Shown here piece by piece: positions 25,684-40,050 of a stretch of DNA of 64,000 nt (positions within the stretch are counted from its first letter, which is position 1; each line of letters starts with the position of its first letter). The position numbers were made by a program, and so were the translations under genes. The notes beneath the pieces were generated by a model that did not search any database, had not been told where the DNA came from, and saw only the letters and a list, made by a program, of their open reading frames with translations. This stretch comes from Laetmonice hystrix. Its lineage: Eukaryota. Location: the NCBI GenBank assembly GCA_965235115.1, contig OZ249436.1, positions 34,908,001-34,972,000 of the forward strand. Reading direction: 5' to 3'.

Positions 25684-27194
25684 TTCATTCCGATCTTGTT
25701 CGTCTGGGATGCGGTCGGCCTGCGATTCCTTGCGCTGCGACGGAACCGTCGGCAATTGACGTGAGGTTCATGCTCATGTCGCCTGTGAGGAGATCGGGTA
25801 CACCTTCCTGCGACTGTCAGCATCTTGTCGCCGATCAATTACAACCACGCTCAGGTCGACTGCGCTCGATCGCCGACTGGTAGGCCTATAATCTTGTTCC
25901 GTCGCGGCGTAGAAGTTGAACAATTTCTACTTCTACGACGGCTGATCTTCTCGGTCGACGACGGTCGCCGCGCTGGCCCAACCACACTCATGTTACCCTT
26001 GGTCGACGACTGATTCGTCGTGGATCGTCGTGGCTCAGTCGTGGGTTATCGCCAAATAGGCCTAGGCAGTCGCCGACTGATCCGGCGCGGCGCAAGGGCG
26101 ACCTGAGGCCGGCTTTACTGCTTTGAGCTTTGCCACATCCCTCATGATGTCATGATGGCTGCCTGATTTTGCTTCAGACTTTCTGTAAGATCCGCATGCT
26201 GAAATCTGAAAATGTATAGAAATAAACATTGTAGTGCAGCCATTAGAGTTGATATTGAAAAACTTTTGATATTTGTTATTATTACAACACTGCACAGTGG
26301 CAATTTCCAGAGTTTTGTATATTAATGCCTTTATGTATGGCTCAGGTCGGCAACCTCTGGACAATTCTAATGATTGGCCATTGCAATTCTACATAGTTTA
26401 TTAGTACCACTGGACCTTCAACCTTTGCATGTTGAGATCTAATTAATTTTCCTAAACTAATAGCAATGAGTGATATATAGAAAAATATCTGAAGTGTTTG
26501 TCCCGTCACGTTGCTTAGCCTGGGAGGTTGCAGAGCTGCATCATTAGTTGAGACTTCAAATGTTGGAGTAGATGTTAAAGGAAATAAAAATGATAATATT
26601 TAAACACTGCAAAAGCATTGCATTGTCAAACTGTATTATTCCTGGAAATGGCAATATTAAGGCTTTTCGTAGACAAAGTAATTGGCCATTGCAATTCTAC
26701 ATAGTTTATTAGTACCACTGGATCTTCCACCTTTGCAGATCTAATCAATTTTCCTAAACCAAAATACCTGGAGATGTTCAAGGAAATACAATAATAATAT
26801 TCAAACACTGCAAAAGCATTGCATTGTCAAACTGCACTATTCCTGAAAATGGCAATATTAGGGTTGTTCGTATCCATCTCATTAGACTATAGACTATTAG
26901 CCGTGGAAAAATTGTCATAACTTATGCGAATCTGCGTATTACAACTGATTACAACTAGTTAAATGCACATCACTTTAAGTGTGGTTTGTAGGATAACCGG
27001 ATAAACTACCTGAGATATTGATAGAACTTTCAAATGCGGAATCGAGACGAGACCGAGAGCCCCCTTCTGACATGACTACAGTAAGTCATAATATTTTAGT
27101 ATAGTATTTATAGTGGAAAGTATAGTACATCACTACACTCTTAAGACACGTACCAGCAGTGCTTTATATCTCATCCTTCCAGCTCATGGCCAAA

Positions 27195-29870
27195 TAGTCA
27201 GGGAATATTGCAAAAATCAGGGAACAAATTCCTTACCAAGAAATTTCTTCACCAATGTGTTGATAAAGGTGTCTACTAACATATGTCAAAAAGTTTAAAC
27301 TCAACTCCCCTAGGAGAACCCGTGACACCTGATGAAAGTTGGGGTACCCGGAACCCTATGCTCCATACGGACTAATTTGATTGTACACGTTACAGGGCGG
27401 TGTGACGTTAACTATGGGGCCCTATGGAAGCACAGGAACATGTATTACAAATTACAGATGTGTCCCTTACCCAGAGTGAGTAGTTGGTTGGGTCATAATG
27501 ATGGAAGAAACCCGCACACTGGAGTAACCCTTCACATAGATGTGTGGCGACATTTGATAAAGCAGTCACTCTTGGCAGCACTACTATGCAAGAATGTCCG
27601 TCGCCCGAGGCTCGAACTCAAAACCTTTGGTTCAAGGTCCTGCCCTCAACCCTCCTCCCCTCCCCTCCCGTATCCAGCGTAATTTGGGGACTAAATTATT
27701 TTTTCTTAACTCGGGTGCTTCAAAACGGTTCGCGGTTGGAATAATGAATCAATTCACATGGAAATTGTTGCAAAAACTAACTAGACATATTTGGCTTTTG
27801 TTCATAAATTTAATTATATTCAATGATTCTTTTTCATATGGCCATTTGAAACCTTCAAAAAAGTGTTTTAAAAATCTGAGGACTTGTGCCCTTTCTACCT
27901 AGCAGGGCATGCCACACAAAATCTTTTGCGATGATCAAAAACAGTACCCAGAATTATTCCCACGTCGTAAGGTCTCCGCAGAAGTGTTTCTTTTAGTGAA
28001 ACTCCCAAGAGTTATGAATACAGCAAGCTTTTTTTTTTGGCAATTTAACAGTTCTCGAAACTTTGATACAGCCAATTGCGATCTAAGCTCTGTCGGATCA
28101 GGGGCCTACAGTGATGCTAATTATACAGAGGTATTATAATGCTATAATTTTCTGAGCGTATCCACTGACCTTTGTAGTGTTTGCCTCCTTCACCGCAGGA
28201 AAGTATGGAACGAGATGCACATAAATATGGCACTCCAGTGTCTATCTTCAGTGTCGTGCCGTATTCATGTGCTAGGCATCTCGTTCCACACTTTCGCCCG
28301 GTGAAGGACCCTGTTCCGGCTAGATACGTCCGAACGGCTCGTTATGTCCAATAGGAGATATGTCCGCAAACATCAGCTAGGTGTGTCCGAAGAAATGGAT
28401 ATGTCCGCAAATATCAGCTAGATTTGTCTAGCTGACATTTGCGGACATATCCGGATTACCGGACATATCTAGCTTACATTTGCGGACATATCCAGATTAC
28501 CGGACACATTATATCAATATAATGCATTTCAATACAATGAACAGGTATTTTTGATTTTAAAAAATAGTTAGATACTCTATCTAGGCTTATATGTCACCAT
28601 GGTTACTTTTTTTGTTATAAGCCAAGGTTAAAGGGAAATAATGCCTGTGCAAAGCCTTAATTGCGTTTACCCTAGTGGCCCCCAGATTACGGTCAGGTGC
28701 ACTCAGATTAATAGCAACGTGCATTTTCTATAGACTACCCCACAAAAGTCAGCACGGTAACATAATATTTACTATAAGATATACCTTTTTAACATCAGAA
28801 ACACTTGTTCTTTCTATCAAAATATATAATATTGATATGCAGTGGGCTTGACTTAGTGTAGCACAGGACCTTAAAGCATAATTGAACGTTTTCATTTTTT
28901 TCTAGTTCCAGGTACCCCAACTTTAAGCAGCTGTCATGCCCCCCTTCCAGAATAAAAAGTTAAAAAATGGTCTCCAAATGGCAGTCTCTAGTGCATTCTG
29001 GGACCAAATAGTTGGTATTGAAAAGTGATTTGCCAAGTCAGCATCCTGAGGGCAGGTTGCTAGCATTGTACCCCGTGCCCTGAGGATGGTAAACTCCATT
29101 TTTCATTAACAATTAGTTAAAAAGTCCTGCAAAAAAGGGGAAGCGTCGCAATCGCCATCTATCAGATATGGCTAGATCTAGGCCTATATATAGGCCTAGG
29201 CCACTTGATGTGGACAGGCCCTTATAACCCTAGTTCATGACGCGTATAAGGGTCTATTTTGAGATAATTTGACTAGTTATGTGTGTTCAATTGCTGCAGA
29301 CACAAAGTAGGAGGGATAGGCCTAGCAGTAGGCATCAGTTTTAGGCCTATAGATTTATCATTCAGGCGGGTCCTACGGCTCTCGTCGCGGGTGAGCGCGC
29401 GGATTTTGGTGCCGGTTTGCGGGTCCCAGTAGTGTATCCAGGATTGGTCAGGTGGGGGGGGGGGGGGTCCTATTGATCACATTTCCATGTTATTGCCAGG
29501 GCACGGGAGGGGGTTCCGTGCGAGCCATCCCTTCCCCCCGGGTATGCCAAGTGGGTCCGACCCTCCAGATGCGGGTCACTCTGGGTAAGGGACACATCTG
29601 TAATTTGTAATACATGTTCCTGTGCTTCCATAGGGCCCCATAGTTAACGTCACACCGCCCTGTAACGTGTACAATCAAATTAGTCCGTATGGAGCACAGG
29701 GTTCCGGGTACCCCAACTTTCATCAGGTGTCACGGGTTCTCCTAGGGGAGTTGAGTATAAACTTTTTGACATATGTTAGTAGACACCTTTATCAACACAT
29801 TGGTGAAGAAATTTCTTGGTAAGGAATTTGTTCCCAGATTGCCCCGATTTCTCATAATATTCCCTGACTA
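27195..29870. mobile_element. Non-autonomous Academ-like element with about 285-bp TIRs, nested in the EnSpm-like element
   Basis: 27195-27478 is nearly the reverse complement of 29578-29870. Termini tagtcagggaatatt / aatattccctgacta; 3-bp TSD AAA on both sides. Confidence 0.8.
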
Positions 29871-32573
29871 AAAGACAGTACAGCTACACTGAAAGCCCCA
29901 AGAAAAGAGAAAAGTTTATTAGAAACTTAGCAGCATATAAATAATCACACCAGGCAAAGATGCCATGCATATTCTGAATTCTAATTGAAGACAATGCTTT
30001 GAACCCTACGAACACACACAAACTGATGCGTTGGCGTAGATTAAATATAAAATACTTCACACGTGGCTGGGTGTGCTGACATGTCAAACATCAGGGTTAC
30101 AGTACCCTGACCTAGTCCCGGCCTGGTATCTTATTTCTCCACACTCTAAGTAGGTTAATTCCTATTTTTATGGCCCGCCAACATCCCATAATGATATCTG
30201 CGGTCTCACCCTCTCATTCAGTGTAAGGAACTTTGGGCATATGAGCAAGAATGAGGTCAAACCAACGAGTATAGACTATACTACCTACATGTACTTCCAC
30301 ACACAAATCTACATATATAATTTGTAGACCTTGAAAGTGAAAGAGACTAGGCCTATTATAATAATTACAAAATTGGAACAATATCCAATCAATCCTGTCA
30401 AAAGTATGAATCTTTTGTTCAGAAAGGCGATATGAGACTGTTGGTTTAAAGTTCTGCATGGGACTACATTAAAAAGGGGTGTGGGGGAAGGTCCTCCACA
30501 TATAGGCCTAAATATGTAGCCTATGTCTGTAAGATGGCATCAGAGAACATATGGAATACTCGATCTAAAGTGGCGGGAAATAGCAATTAGTTTCCTTAGT
30601 TGAGGCTTTTCTAAGTTCAATAAATGAAGCAGATCATTACAGATTACATAGCTATACTTACGTGTTTGTAGCCTGTATTGGAGGGACGTAGAATCGAGAA
30701 TGATGTCTTGATGGCTGCACCCGAGCATGCAGGAGGAATTCGGTCAACTGAATTGCGCGCCAACCAGTACACGTGTGCTGAACCTGGGGTACTGCTCATG
30801 ACCCCGAGGTCATATTCCCACTCCAGCGGTCGCTTGTACCTCGTTGCGTGTATTATGCTGTGTGCAGAATGCTGCACTCCAGGAAGGTCTGGGTCAGCGG
30901 GCCGCGGTATAATTTAGGCACAGGCCACATGGAATTTAAAAACGGGTGAATAACTTGATCCGTTGGTGAGGAGGTGTCCTAGAATATGTCAGGTTCGTCT
31001 AAAACGACACCACCGCCTATTACCCCCCCCCCCCCCAACACTTTTACAGCTGCGCGTGTCCTATTTAAATTGCGCCCTCAAAACAAAGTCAGATACTTTG
31101 GTTCCAAACTTGCAGGGTTTTTATTCGGGAGATACTGAGGGGTGTAACCGCAAAGATTCATAATGATCCATATTCGGACAGAAAGACACAGCAAGCGTGG
31201 GATTTCGCTATCAATTCCCCGGCCGACAGGCGGCCGGTTGCCGTGACCGGCAGCGTCGGAGCCCGCGTGCAGGGTGGATTCAGGTCGGGGTAGCTGTATG
31301 GGAAAATTACGGAGGGTCCGTATTTAAAAAAAGTACTGAATCCTTTTATCCCAAACTTAAGACATTTTACGGCAAAAGGTCTTGTGAATATAAGCAAAGT
31401 TGGAGCCTATGAAAGTGAATGAAAGGCACCCCAAATAAGCGATTAAAACAGGCAGACAGATGTATTCAAAGTTTCCTATTCCTGACAGAAGGTTGCGCCA
31501 CAAGTACACTTAGCCCTAATTATTTAGGTTATTAATTAACCAGTTTTCTGTTATAATGGATTAGAAATGGAAGACTCATTGGAGATTTGGTATTCCTAGC
31601 AACGTTGAGAATTTCATTAAGGTTCCTCCAACAGTAAAGTGGATAACAATTTATTTCATTTAAAAGTATAATTAATTCCTAAAGTGTATTTCTATAATAA
31701 GGATTGCGGGGTATGCGTACATAGAGAGTGACCATGCATGCCTGCATACAGGAGCAGTATGATTACTCCCCTGGCATTATCAAAAGAGCTATAGTGTTCA
31801 GATTGTGGAGTCCACCTTTTTATTCAGAATTAATTAATTAAAAATACTTTACCTAAGAAATCTGAAATAGAATCCACTTAGAAATGTGTAGAACACCTAG
31901 GGCTATAATAACGCCACTTTTTATAAAATTTGAACCATTTTTGACCAATTACCACAACTTTAGGAAAGATATCACCTTTCAGTGCAACTCTCCAACAACG
32001 TCTGGGCGGGCCAGAAATGTGTTTTAGTCAATTTTCTTAATTACGCATAAATTCACCTAATTATGTTAATATATCCTCCTTGCCACCTAAAGAAACGATC
32101 TGTGATGTTTTTCTGATTGTTTAAAATTGTACGGGGCCAAAACCCCTCAATTAATCACCCTGCCCCCCCCCAGGCACTTGTGCTGCCACCTATCGGTTAT
32201 CGGACGTTGTGGCCACTTTACTATTGGTATATATAAACTTTACTTTTTCCCGGATTCATTTTCAGATATCTTTTTTCACACAAACACTTCAGTGTTTAAA
32301 TGCACATATAAACCTACGGTGAGGATACCACGTGTATCTTTCGCTATGGATTTGTACAAATGCAACGAATCGAGTATATTATATATCAGACCCATAGAGG
32401 AGTCTATACCTGCTGTTAGGCCGTCTACTGAGGTCAATTTGTCGACGTCCTGTTAACGTAAGACAGACGTCGCAATATGGTTGTCAACGTGGCAACTAAG
32501 ATTCACCCAAAATATGATGTCCTGCGCCCACTGTGTATCTCCATGTATATGGGATATAGCCTTGTCACCAACA

Positions 32574-34800
32574 TGTCACAGAAAGCTCACAGAAAGCTCA
32601 CAGTGTGACCTCACACTGTGAGAAGTTGTGACACCACTGACTACATCACCATGCACGAATTCACCATGCATGAACTCACAGCAACCTCATATTGTGACCT
32701 CTCAGGATGACCTCACAATGAACTCAAAGACCATGATGTCAGTAGCTAACGGATAGATCACAGTATGACCTCACAATGTGAGTTCCCTGTCAGGGCTGGA
32801 ATTTCCCACTCGTCCGGCTGCCCGAGACGAGTAAGTTTCGGTCCGGACGAGTAAGTCTAGCCCAGTATCTCGTCCGCCGGCCGAGTAACTATTTTGGTTA
32901 CTGTTGTTTAAAGGGGGTGACCTTTTGGCGGCTCAATCTTTCTCCAGTGCAGTAACAACAGCGGGGGTCATTTGGCTGGCTCAGCTGACCCCGGCCGTGT
33001 GTTTCAACTGGCCACCTGTGTGTCGCCAGAGTGCTCCTTTTGTTCACGTGTTTTTGTTTGTTCAGTGTGTGTCCTGAGTGGCTGTCGCAGCATCAGCGTG
33101 GCCCAGCTACACTAATCTCTGAGCCAGGTAATCTGCCGACATGCATCAACTGGAAACACGTGCCTCCCCCCACCAACCAGCATCGTCCCCAAAGCGCTGA
33201 TTGAATGATGAAAAAAGACGTGATCATGACAGGGACGCCTGTGGAATCAGCATGGCCGCAGGAGGCCAGACACAAGGCCTTATGGCCCACGTCATAAGGA
33301 ATTCAAAGTCCTGAAAACAACCCCTGTTCTTCTCTGGTGGAGACAAATAGCGACTTTTTTGGAAAACCTTGAGAGGGACTTTGACATGTGATTCAATTTG
33401 CTGTCCTGATTAACTGAAGCCCAAATCTGAAAAGCATTCAGTGGTCCATGAAGCCCATAGATCTATATGCTCAAGTTTATTGAACGTTTTTATGTATGAC
33501 AGAGGTATATGAGGCAAATAACTTGACTGGCTGGTAAATTACGACTGTTTAATTAAAGCATAATACTCATAGACCATGCCTATTATCTTAAATTCTCTCT
33601 GAAATCCGGGCAAGTAACTTTTGATCTGGGCAAGTAACTTTTGCAGGCTACTTGCCCGACGGGCAAGTAGCCTAAAATTTGAAATTCCAGCCCTGCCTGT
33701 GTCATCATAGTGAGGTAGTTTTTCGTGAAGTCACATCATGATAGAATTGTGACATCACTGTGATGCTTTGACAAATACATCACCAACAGGTCACAGAAAG
33801 CTCACGATATGACGTCAGAACTTGGTATGGTGAGAGCTCACCATAAGCTCACAGAAAGCTCACAGTGTGACCTCACACTGTGAGAAGTTGTGACACCACT
33901 GACTACATCACCATGAACTCACAGCAACCTCATATTGTGACCCCACAGGATGATCTCACTATGAACTCAAAGACCATGATGTCAGTTAGCTAACGGATAG
34001 ATCACACAATGTGAGTTCCCTGTGTCATCATAGTGAGGTAGTTTTTCGTGAAGTCACATCATGATAGAATTGTGACATCACTGTGATGCTTTGACAAATA
34101 CATCACCAACAGGTCACAGAAAGCTCACGATATGACTTCAGAACTTGGTATGGTGAGACCTCACCATAAGCTCACAGAAAGCTCACAGTGTGACCTCACA
34201 CTGTGAGAAGTTGTGACACCACTGACTACATCACCATGAACTCACAGCAACCTCATATTGTGACCTCACAGGATGATCTCACTATGAACTCAAAGACCAT
34301 GATGTCAGTTAGCTAACGGATAGATCACAGTATGACCTCACAATGTGAGTTCCCTGTGTCATTATATAGTGAGGTAGTTTTTCGTGAAGTCACATCATGA
34401 TAGAATTGTGACATCACTGTGATGCTTTGACAAATACATCACCAACAGGTCACAGAAAGCTCACGATATGACTTCAGAACTTGGTATGGTGAGACCTCAC
34501 CATAAGCTCACAGAAAGCTCACAGTGTGACCTCACACTGTGAGAAGTTGTGACACCACTGACTACATCACCATGAACTCACAGCAACCTCATATTGTGAC
34601 CTCACAGGATGATCTCACTATGAACTCAAAGACCATGATGTCAGTTAGCTAACGGATAGATCACAGTATGACCTCAAAATGTGAGTTCCCTGTGTCATCA
34701 CAGTGAGGTAGTTTTTCGTGAAGTCACATCATGGTAAAATTGTGACATCACTGTGATGTCAGTGTTAGGTCATCTTTATGATCTCATCCTGTGACTTTCA
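32574..34800. repeat. Tandem array, about 325-335-bp unit (right subterminal array of the EnSpm-like element), interrupted by a MITE
   Basis: The block containing gtgaggtagtttttcgtgaagtcacatcatg recurs at about 33700, 34022, 34357 and 34692; a partial unit lies at 32574-32790. Confidence 0.9.
32791..33695. mobile_element. hAT-like MITE with a 5-bp TSD
   Basis: Perfect 15-bp TIR cagggctggaatttc; TSD cctgt. Neighbouring repeat units show the empty site agttccctgtgtcatc. Subterminal ggacgagtaa / gggcaagtaa repeats. Confidence 0.8.
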
Positions 34801-35207
34801 GGTGAGCTCATTATGAGTATGGCATGAGCTCACGTCTTCACTGGGATGGCTGGCAAGGATAGGGGATGTCCATCCATTAGGCTACTTAACGCCTTTTGGG
34901 GGCTATTTTAAAGACCCCACCCCCTGTAATGACAAGATAAACGGCCCAAAAAGTGAAAGAAATATGGGATATCCCAGGGATGACGTCATTTTCATGGAAT
35001 TCCCTGGCGGCTGAGCCGCGCTGTTCGTAAAAAAAATCGAACACTGCTCGATTCTCTAGCCGGCCGGCTAGCCGCCTGGCGGCTAAACGCGCCAATGGAA
35101 ATGCTATCATTGCATGGATACTACTAGTTCGATTTTTTCGCAGCCGCCAGGCGGCTAGCCGGCCGGCTAGCCGGCCGGCTAAACCGCGTTAATGGAAAGG
35201 CACCCTT

Positions 35208-37635
35208 ACACTCGAACAAACAGTGAGGGCTCCCAACATGTACTGTTTGGCCTTATACTCGAGCACACACTACAGTGAAAGCTCCCCACATGTAGTGACT
35301 ATTTTCCCCCCATGTCCCATCGAGGGCTCCGCCAAAAATGAACAAATAAAAATGCCACAATATTGAAGGAAATAACGGTAGGCTACTGTCTGGCCTTATG
35401 CTCGAGCACACACTACAGTAATGGCTCTCTACATGTATTGACTGAGGTCAGACTTAAGCAAACACTACAGTGAGGGCTCCCTACATGTATTGACTGGCCT
35501 TATACCTGACCAAACACTACAGTGAGGGCTCCCAACATGTACTTTATGGCCTTATACTCGAGCATACATGTATTGACTGGGCTTATACTCGAGCAAACAC
35601 TACAGTGAGGGCTCTGCACATGTATTGGCTGGCCTTACACTCGAGCAAGCACTACAGTGAGGGCTCCTAACATGTACTGTCTGGCCTTATACTGGAGCAA
35701 ACACTACATTGAGGACTCCGCAGATGTACTGAGTAGCCTTATACTCGAGCAAACAATACGGTGAGGGCTCCCTACATGTATTAACTGGCCTTACACTCGA
35801 GCAAACACTACAGTGAGGGCTTTCAACAAGTACTTGGCCTTATACTCGAGCACACGCTACAGTGAGGGCCCCCCACATGTAGTGACTGGCCTTATACCTG
35901 AGCGCGTGTACACTACAGTGAGGGCTCCCTACATGTATTAACTGGCCTTACACTTGAGCAAACACTACAGTGAGGGCTTCCAATATGTACTTTCTGGCCT
36001 TATACTCGAGCACACACTACAGTGAGGGCTCTCCACATGTACTTTATGGCCTTATACTCGAGCATACACTACAGTGAAAACTCCCCACATGTAGTGACTG
36101 GCCTTATATTCGAGCAAACACTACAGTGAGGGCTCACCACATGTACTGAATAGCCTTATTATCTAGCAAACACTACAGTGAGGGCTCTCTACATGTATTG
36201 GCTGGCCTTAGATTGGAGCAACCACTACATTGAGGGCTCACTACATGTATTGTTTGGCTTTTGGAGCAAACACTACAGTGAGGGTTCCCTATATGTATTG
36301 ACTGCCCTTGGGCTAGAGGAAACACTACAGTGAGGGCTCCCTATATGTATTGACTGCCCTTCGGCTGGAGCGAACAGTACAGGAAGGATCCCTACATGTA
36401 TTGAGTGGCGTCAGACTCGGGCAAACACTACAGTGAGGACTCTCTAGATGTATTGAGCGGCCTAAGACTGGAGCAAACATTACAGTGAGGGTTGCCCACA
36501 TGGACTGACTGGCCTTATACCCGAGCAAACACTACAGTGAAGGCTCCCTACATATATTGAGTGGCGTCATACTCGAGCAAACACTACAATGAGGGCTCTC
36601 TACATGGATTGGCTGGTCTTATACTCGAGCAAACACTACAGTGAGGGCTCCCAAGATATACTGTCTGGCCTTATACTCGAGCAAACAATACAGTGAGGGC
36701 CCCCAACATGTACTGACTGGCCTGAAACTCGAGCAAACACTCCATTGAGGGCTCGGTACATGTATTGGCTGGATTTAGACTGGAGCAAACACTGCAGTGA
36801 TGGCTCCTTACATGTATTGACTGCCCTTGGGCTAGAGCAAATACTGAAGTGAGGGCTCCCTACATGTATTGACTGGCCATATACTCGAGCAAACACTACA
36901 GTGAAGGCTCCCTACATGTATTGAGTGGCGTCATACTCGAGCAAACACTACAGTGAGGGCTCTCTACATGTAATGACTGAGCTTAGACTGAAGCAAACAC
37001 TACAGTGAGGGCTCCGCACATGTACTTTCTGGCCTTATACTCGAGCAAACACTACAGTGAGGGTTCCCTACATGTATTGCCTGGCGCTTCGAGTAAACAC
37101 TACAGTGAGGGCTCCCTACATGTGTTGACCGGCCTTATACTCGAGATAATACTACAGTCAGTGTTCTGTACATGTATTGGATGGCCTTAGACTGGAGCAA
37201 ACACTGCAGTGAGGGCCCCTACATGTATTGACTGAGCTTAGACTAGAGAAAACACTACAGTGAGGGCTCCCGACATGTAGTGACTGGCCTTATACTCGAG
37301 CGAACACTACAGTTGAGGGCTCCCTGCATGTATTGACTGGCCTTATACTCGAGCAAACACCATAGTGACTGCTCTCTACATGTATTGGCTAGCCTTAGAC
37401 TGGAGCAAACACTACAGTGAGGGCTCACCACATGTACTGAATGACCTTATTCTCTAGCCAACACTACAGTGAGGGCTCTCTACATGTAGTGACTTGCCTT
37501 AGATTGGAGCAAACACTACAGTGAGGTCTCCCTATATGTATTGTCTGACCTTAGACTGGAGCAAACACTACAGTGAGGGTTCCCTATATATGTATTGACT
37601 GTTCTTCGGCTGGAGCAAACAGTACAGTGAGGGCT
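35208..37635 (+). repeat. Satellite, about 52-bp unit
   Basis: Consensus ctcgagcaaacactacagtgagggctccctacatgtattgactggccttata repeated head to tail over about 2.4 kb with point divergence. Confidence 0.95.
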
Positions 37636-39254
37636 TGTTCCCGCTAGATATGTCCGGCTAGAGAATCGAGCAGTGTTCGATTTTTTTACGACCCGCGCGG
37701 CTCAGCCGCGAGGGAATTCCATGAAAATGACGTCATCCCTGGGATACCCCAATATTTCTTTCGCTCTTTGGACCGTTTCTCTTGCCATTACAAGGGGTGG
37801 GTCTTTAAAATAGCCCCAAAAAGGCGATAAGTAATGGATGAACATCCCCTATCATTGCCAGCCATGGATAGTGAATGTTCATATGATCCATCGCCTAAAT
37901 AGTCGTTAATTTAGTTTGGCGTAGGCCTATTAGGCACTGAACTTCATGGAAATGCAACACGTGCTTTATTGTAGATCCTCTATCGGTAAAACAATGACCT
38001 GTTGCATCTATCACCAGTATTTGCTTAGCAGCTTGGTTCTGTGATGAGACTCTTCTTGTTGATAAGTGGACCGCTTATGCGTGAGGTCCACTTGGTCGCA
38101 TCTCGGCCGCATCTCATGCTGCATCTCACTTGCGGCCCGGCCTCAAGGACCTCAAGGACCTCAAGGACTGCAACACTTAGCTCCATCAGTGCAGCTAATG
38201 TGAGGCAGGGTTCTTGCAGTTTACACCATCCCCTTCATCTATAGTTCATTCTATGATAATTGTATATAATATCTTTTGAATTGATATTGCCAAATTTAAA
38301 CATCATACCTACAAGACAGGGTGCGAGGTGATTACACAGGCCTACTGGGTACAGATTCTGCATGTAATGAGATAGAAATTCAGGAGATATATTCTGATTT
38401 ATAGGTGCTTTTTTGACCCTTGGCAAAATTGATCGGCTTTTAAAAATAAATTTCAATGTTACCTCTGGGTTGTGTGTGTGTGGGGGGGGAGAGGGGTTAT
38501 GGGTGTGTGTGTGTGTGTGTGTGTCGGGATGCGTGTGTGTGTCTGGATGGGGGCGGATATAGGCGGGGCGGAGAAGGGTGTGTGTGTGTGTGGGGGGGGG
38601 GGGGTTAATTAAGGGTGTCTTCAGAATTTGTAGTCAAGTTTGAAAATTTTAAGTCAATGTTTAGGGGGTACTTTATCAGCATAGGTTAGCATTTACGGGG
38701 TACCTGTTTTGATAATCTTAGGTCTGTGGTTAGGGTACCAAATTAGGTCTGATGTCCACACATGATAGGAATGATAGCAAGTGGCCCTGGGCCCCCCTGG
38801 GAGAAATATTAAAAATAGCTTTTGTGCATAGAACTGTGACTGAAAATGTGAACCCTTTTGTTCTGTCAAGGTTTAAATCAGAGAGAGGCACATGGCCATA
38901 TTGACTTGCGGCGCCGCAATGTTCTTGCATCTATGCTGCAAGAGTTGCAAGAGGTACAAGCTGCACAATTCCTTGCGACAATATCTTTTTTTTTTATATT
39001 CTAGCGGCCGGCCGCTGGACGCTAGAAGCCCCATTGCGCCTCTTGCAGTTCTGGGGGTTTTATAGCTCCACTATCGCAAGGTTCTTCCGGCCTATCGGCC
39101 CCAACGACCGCAATGACGAAACGCAACGGCCGCAACTGCAAAAATGTGTAGTGGAGCTACCCTATTAGTATTAGCGGCAGCCGCTTCACAGCCGCGTTCA
39201 TGGAAAGATACGTGCTGGCAGGCTAGCCGGCCGGATAAACCGCGTCAGTGGAAA

Positions 39255-40050
39255 GGCCAGTCAATATATGTAGGGAGCCCTCACTGTAGTGTTTGCTTCA
39301 GTCTAACCTCAGTCAATACATGTAGAGAGCCATCACTAGTGTGTGCTCGAGTATAAGGCCAGACCGTACATGTAGGGAGCCCTCACTGTAGTGTTTGCTC
39401 GAGTATGACGCCACTCAATACATGTAGGGATCCTTCCCTGTACTGTTTGCTACAGCCGAAGGGCAGTCAATATATATAGGGAGCCCTCACTGTAGTGTTT
39501 GCTCCAGTCTTAGACCGGTCAATACATCTAGAGAGCCCTCACTGTAGTGATTGCTCGAGTATGACGCCACTCAATACATGATGTAGACAGTTCTGTAGGG
39601 ATCCTTCCCTGTACTGCTCCAGCCGAAGGGCAGTCAATAGATATAGGGAACCCTCACTGTAGTGTTTGCTCTAGCCCAAGGGCAGTCAATACATGTAGGG
39701 AGCCCTCACTGTAGTGTTTGCTCCAGTCTAGGGTCAGACAATATATGTAGGGAGACCTCACTGTAGTGTTTGCTCCAGCCCAAGGGTAGTCAATACATGT
39801 AGGGAGCTCTCACTGTAGTGTTTGCTCCAATCTAAAGCCAGCCAATACATGTAGAGAGCCCTCACTGTAGTGTTTGCTCCAGTCTAAGGCTAGCCATACA
39901 TGTAAACAGCCCTCACTATGGTGTTTGCTCGAGTATAAGGCCAGTCAGTACATGCAGGGAGCCCTCAACTGTAGTGTTTACTCGAGTATAAGGCCAGTCA
40001 CTACATGTGGGGAACCTGTAGTGCGTGCTCGAGTGTAAGGCCAGATAGTA
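39255..40050 (-). repeat. Inverted array of the same 52-bp satellite
   Basis: Reverse-complement units (agggagccctcactgtagtgtttgctc). Confidence 0.93.

Larger units (their letters stand above)
24572..34845. mobile_element. 10.3-kb non-autonomous EnSpm/CACTA(CMC)-like element with nested insertions
   Basis: Termini cccagtgaaga / tcttcactggg; 2-bp TSD AT (24570-24571, 34846-34847). Subterminal arrays rich in GTGAG/CTCAC. The uninterrupted target atccATggctggc is present on the minus strand at about 37857-37869. Confidence 0.75.

Noticed and set aside
27332..29723. Twin ORFs MKVGVPGTLCSIRT... on opposite strands
   Set aside because: They are by-products of the long TIRs of a non-autonomous element; identity stops at the TIR edge.
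30190..30920. Possible minus-strand exons or transposase remnant inside the EnSpm-like element
   Set aside because: A good donor is present at 30660, but I found no coherent spliced ORF or recognisable motif.
35208..37635. CRISPR-like appearance of the 52-bp, 35-bp and 149-bp arrays
   Set aside because: Whole units repeat with no unique spacers, there are no cas genes, and the context is eukaryotic. These are satellites.
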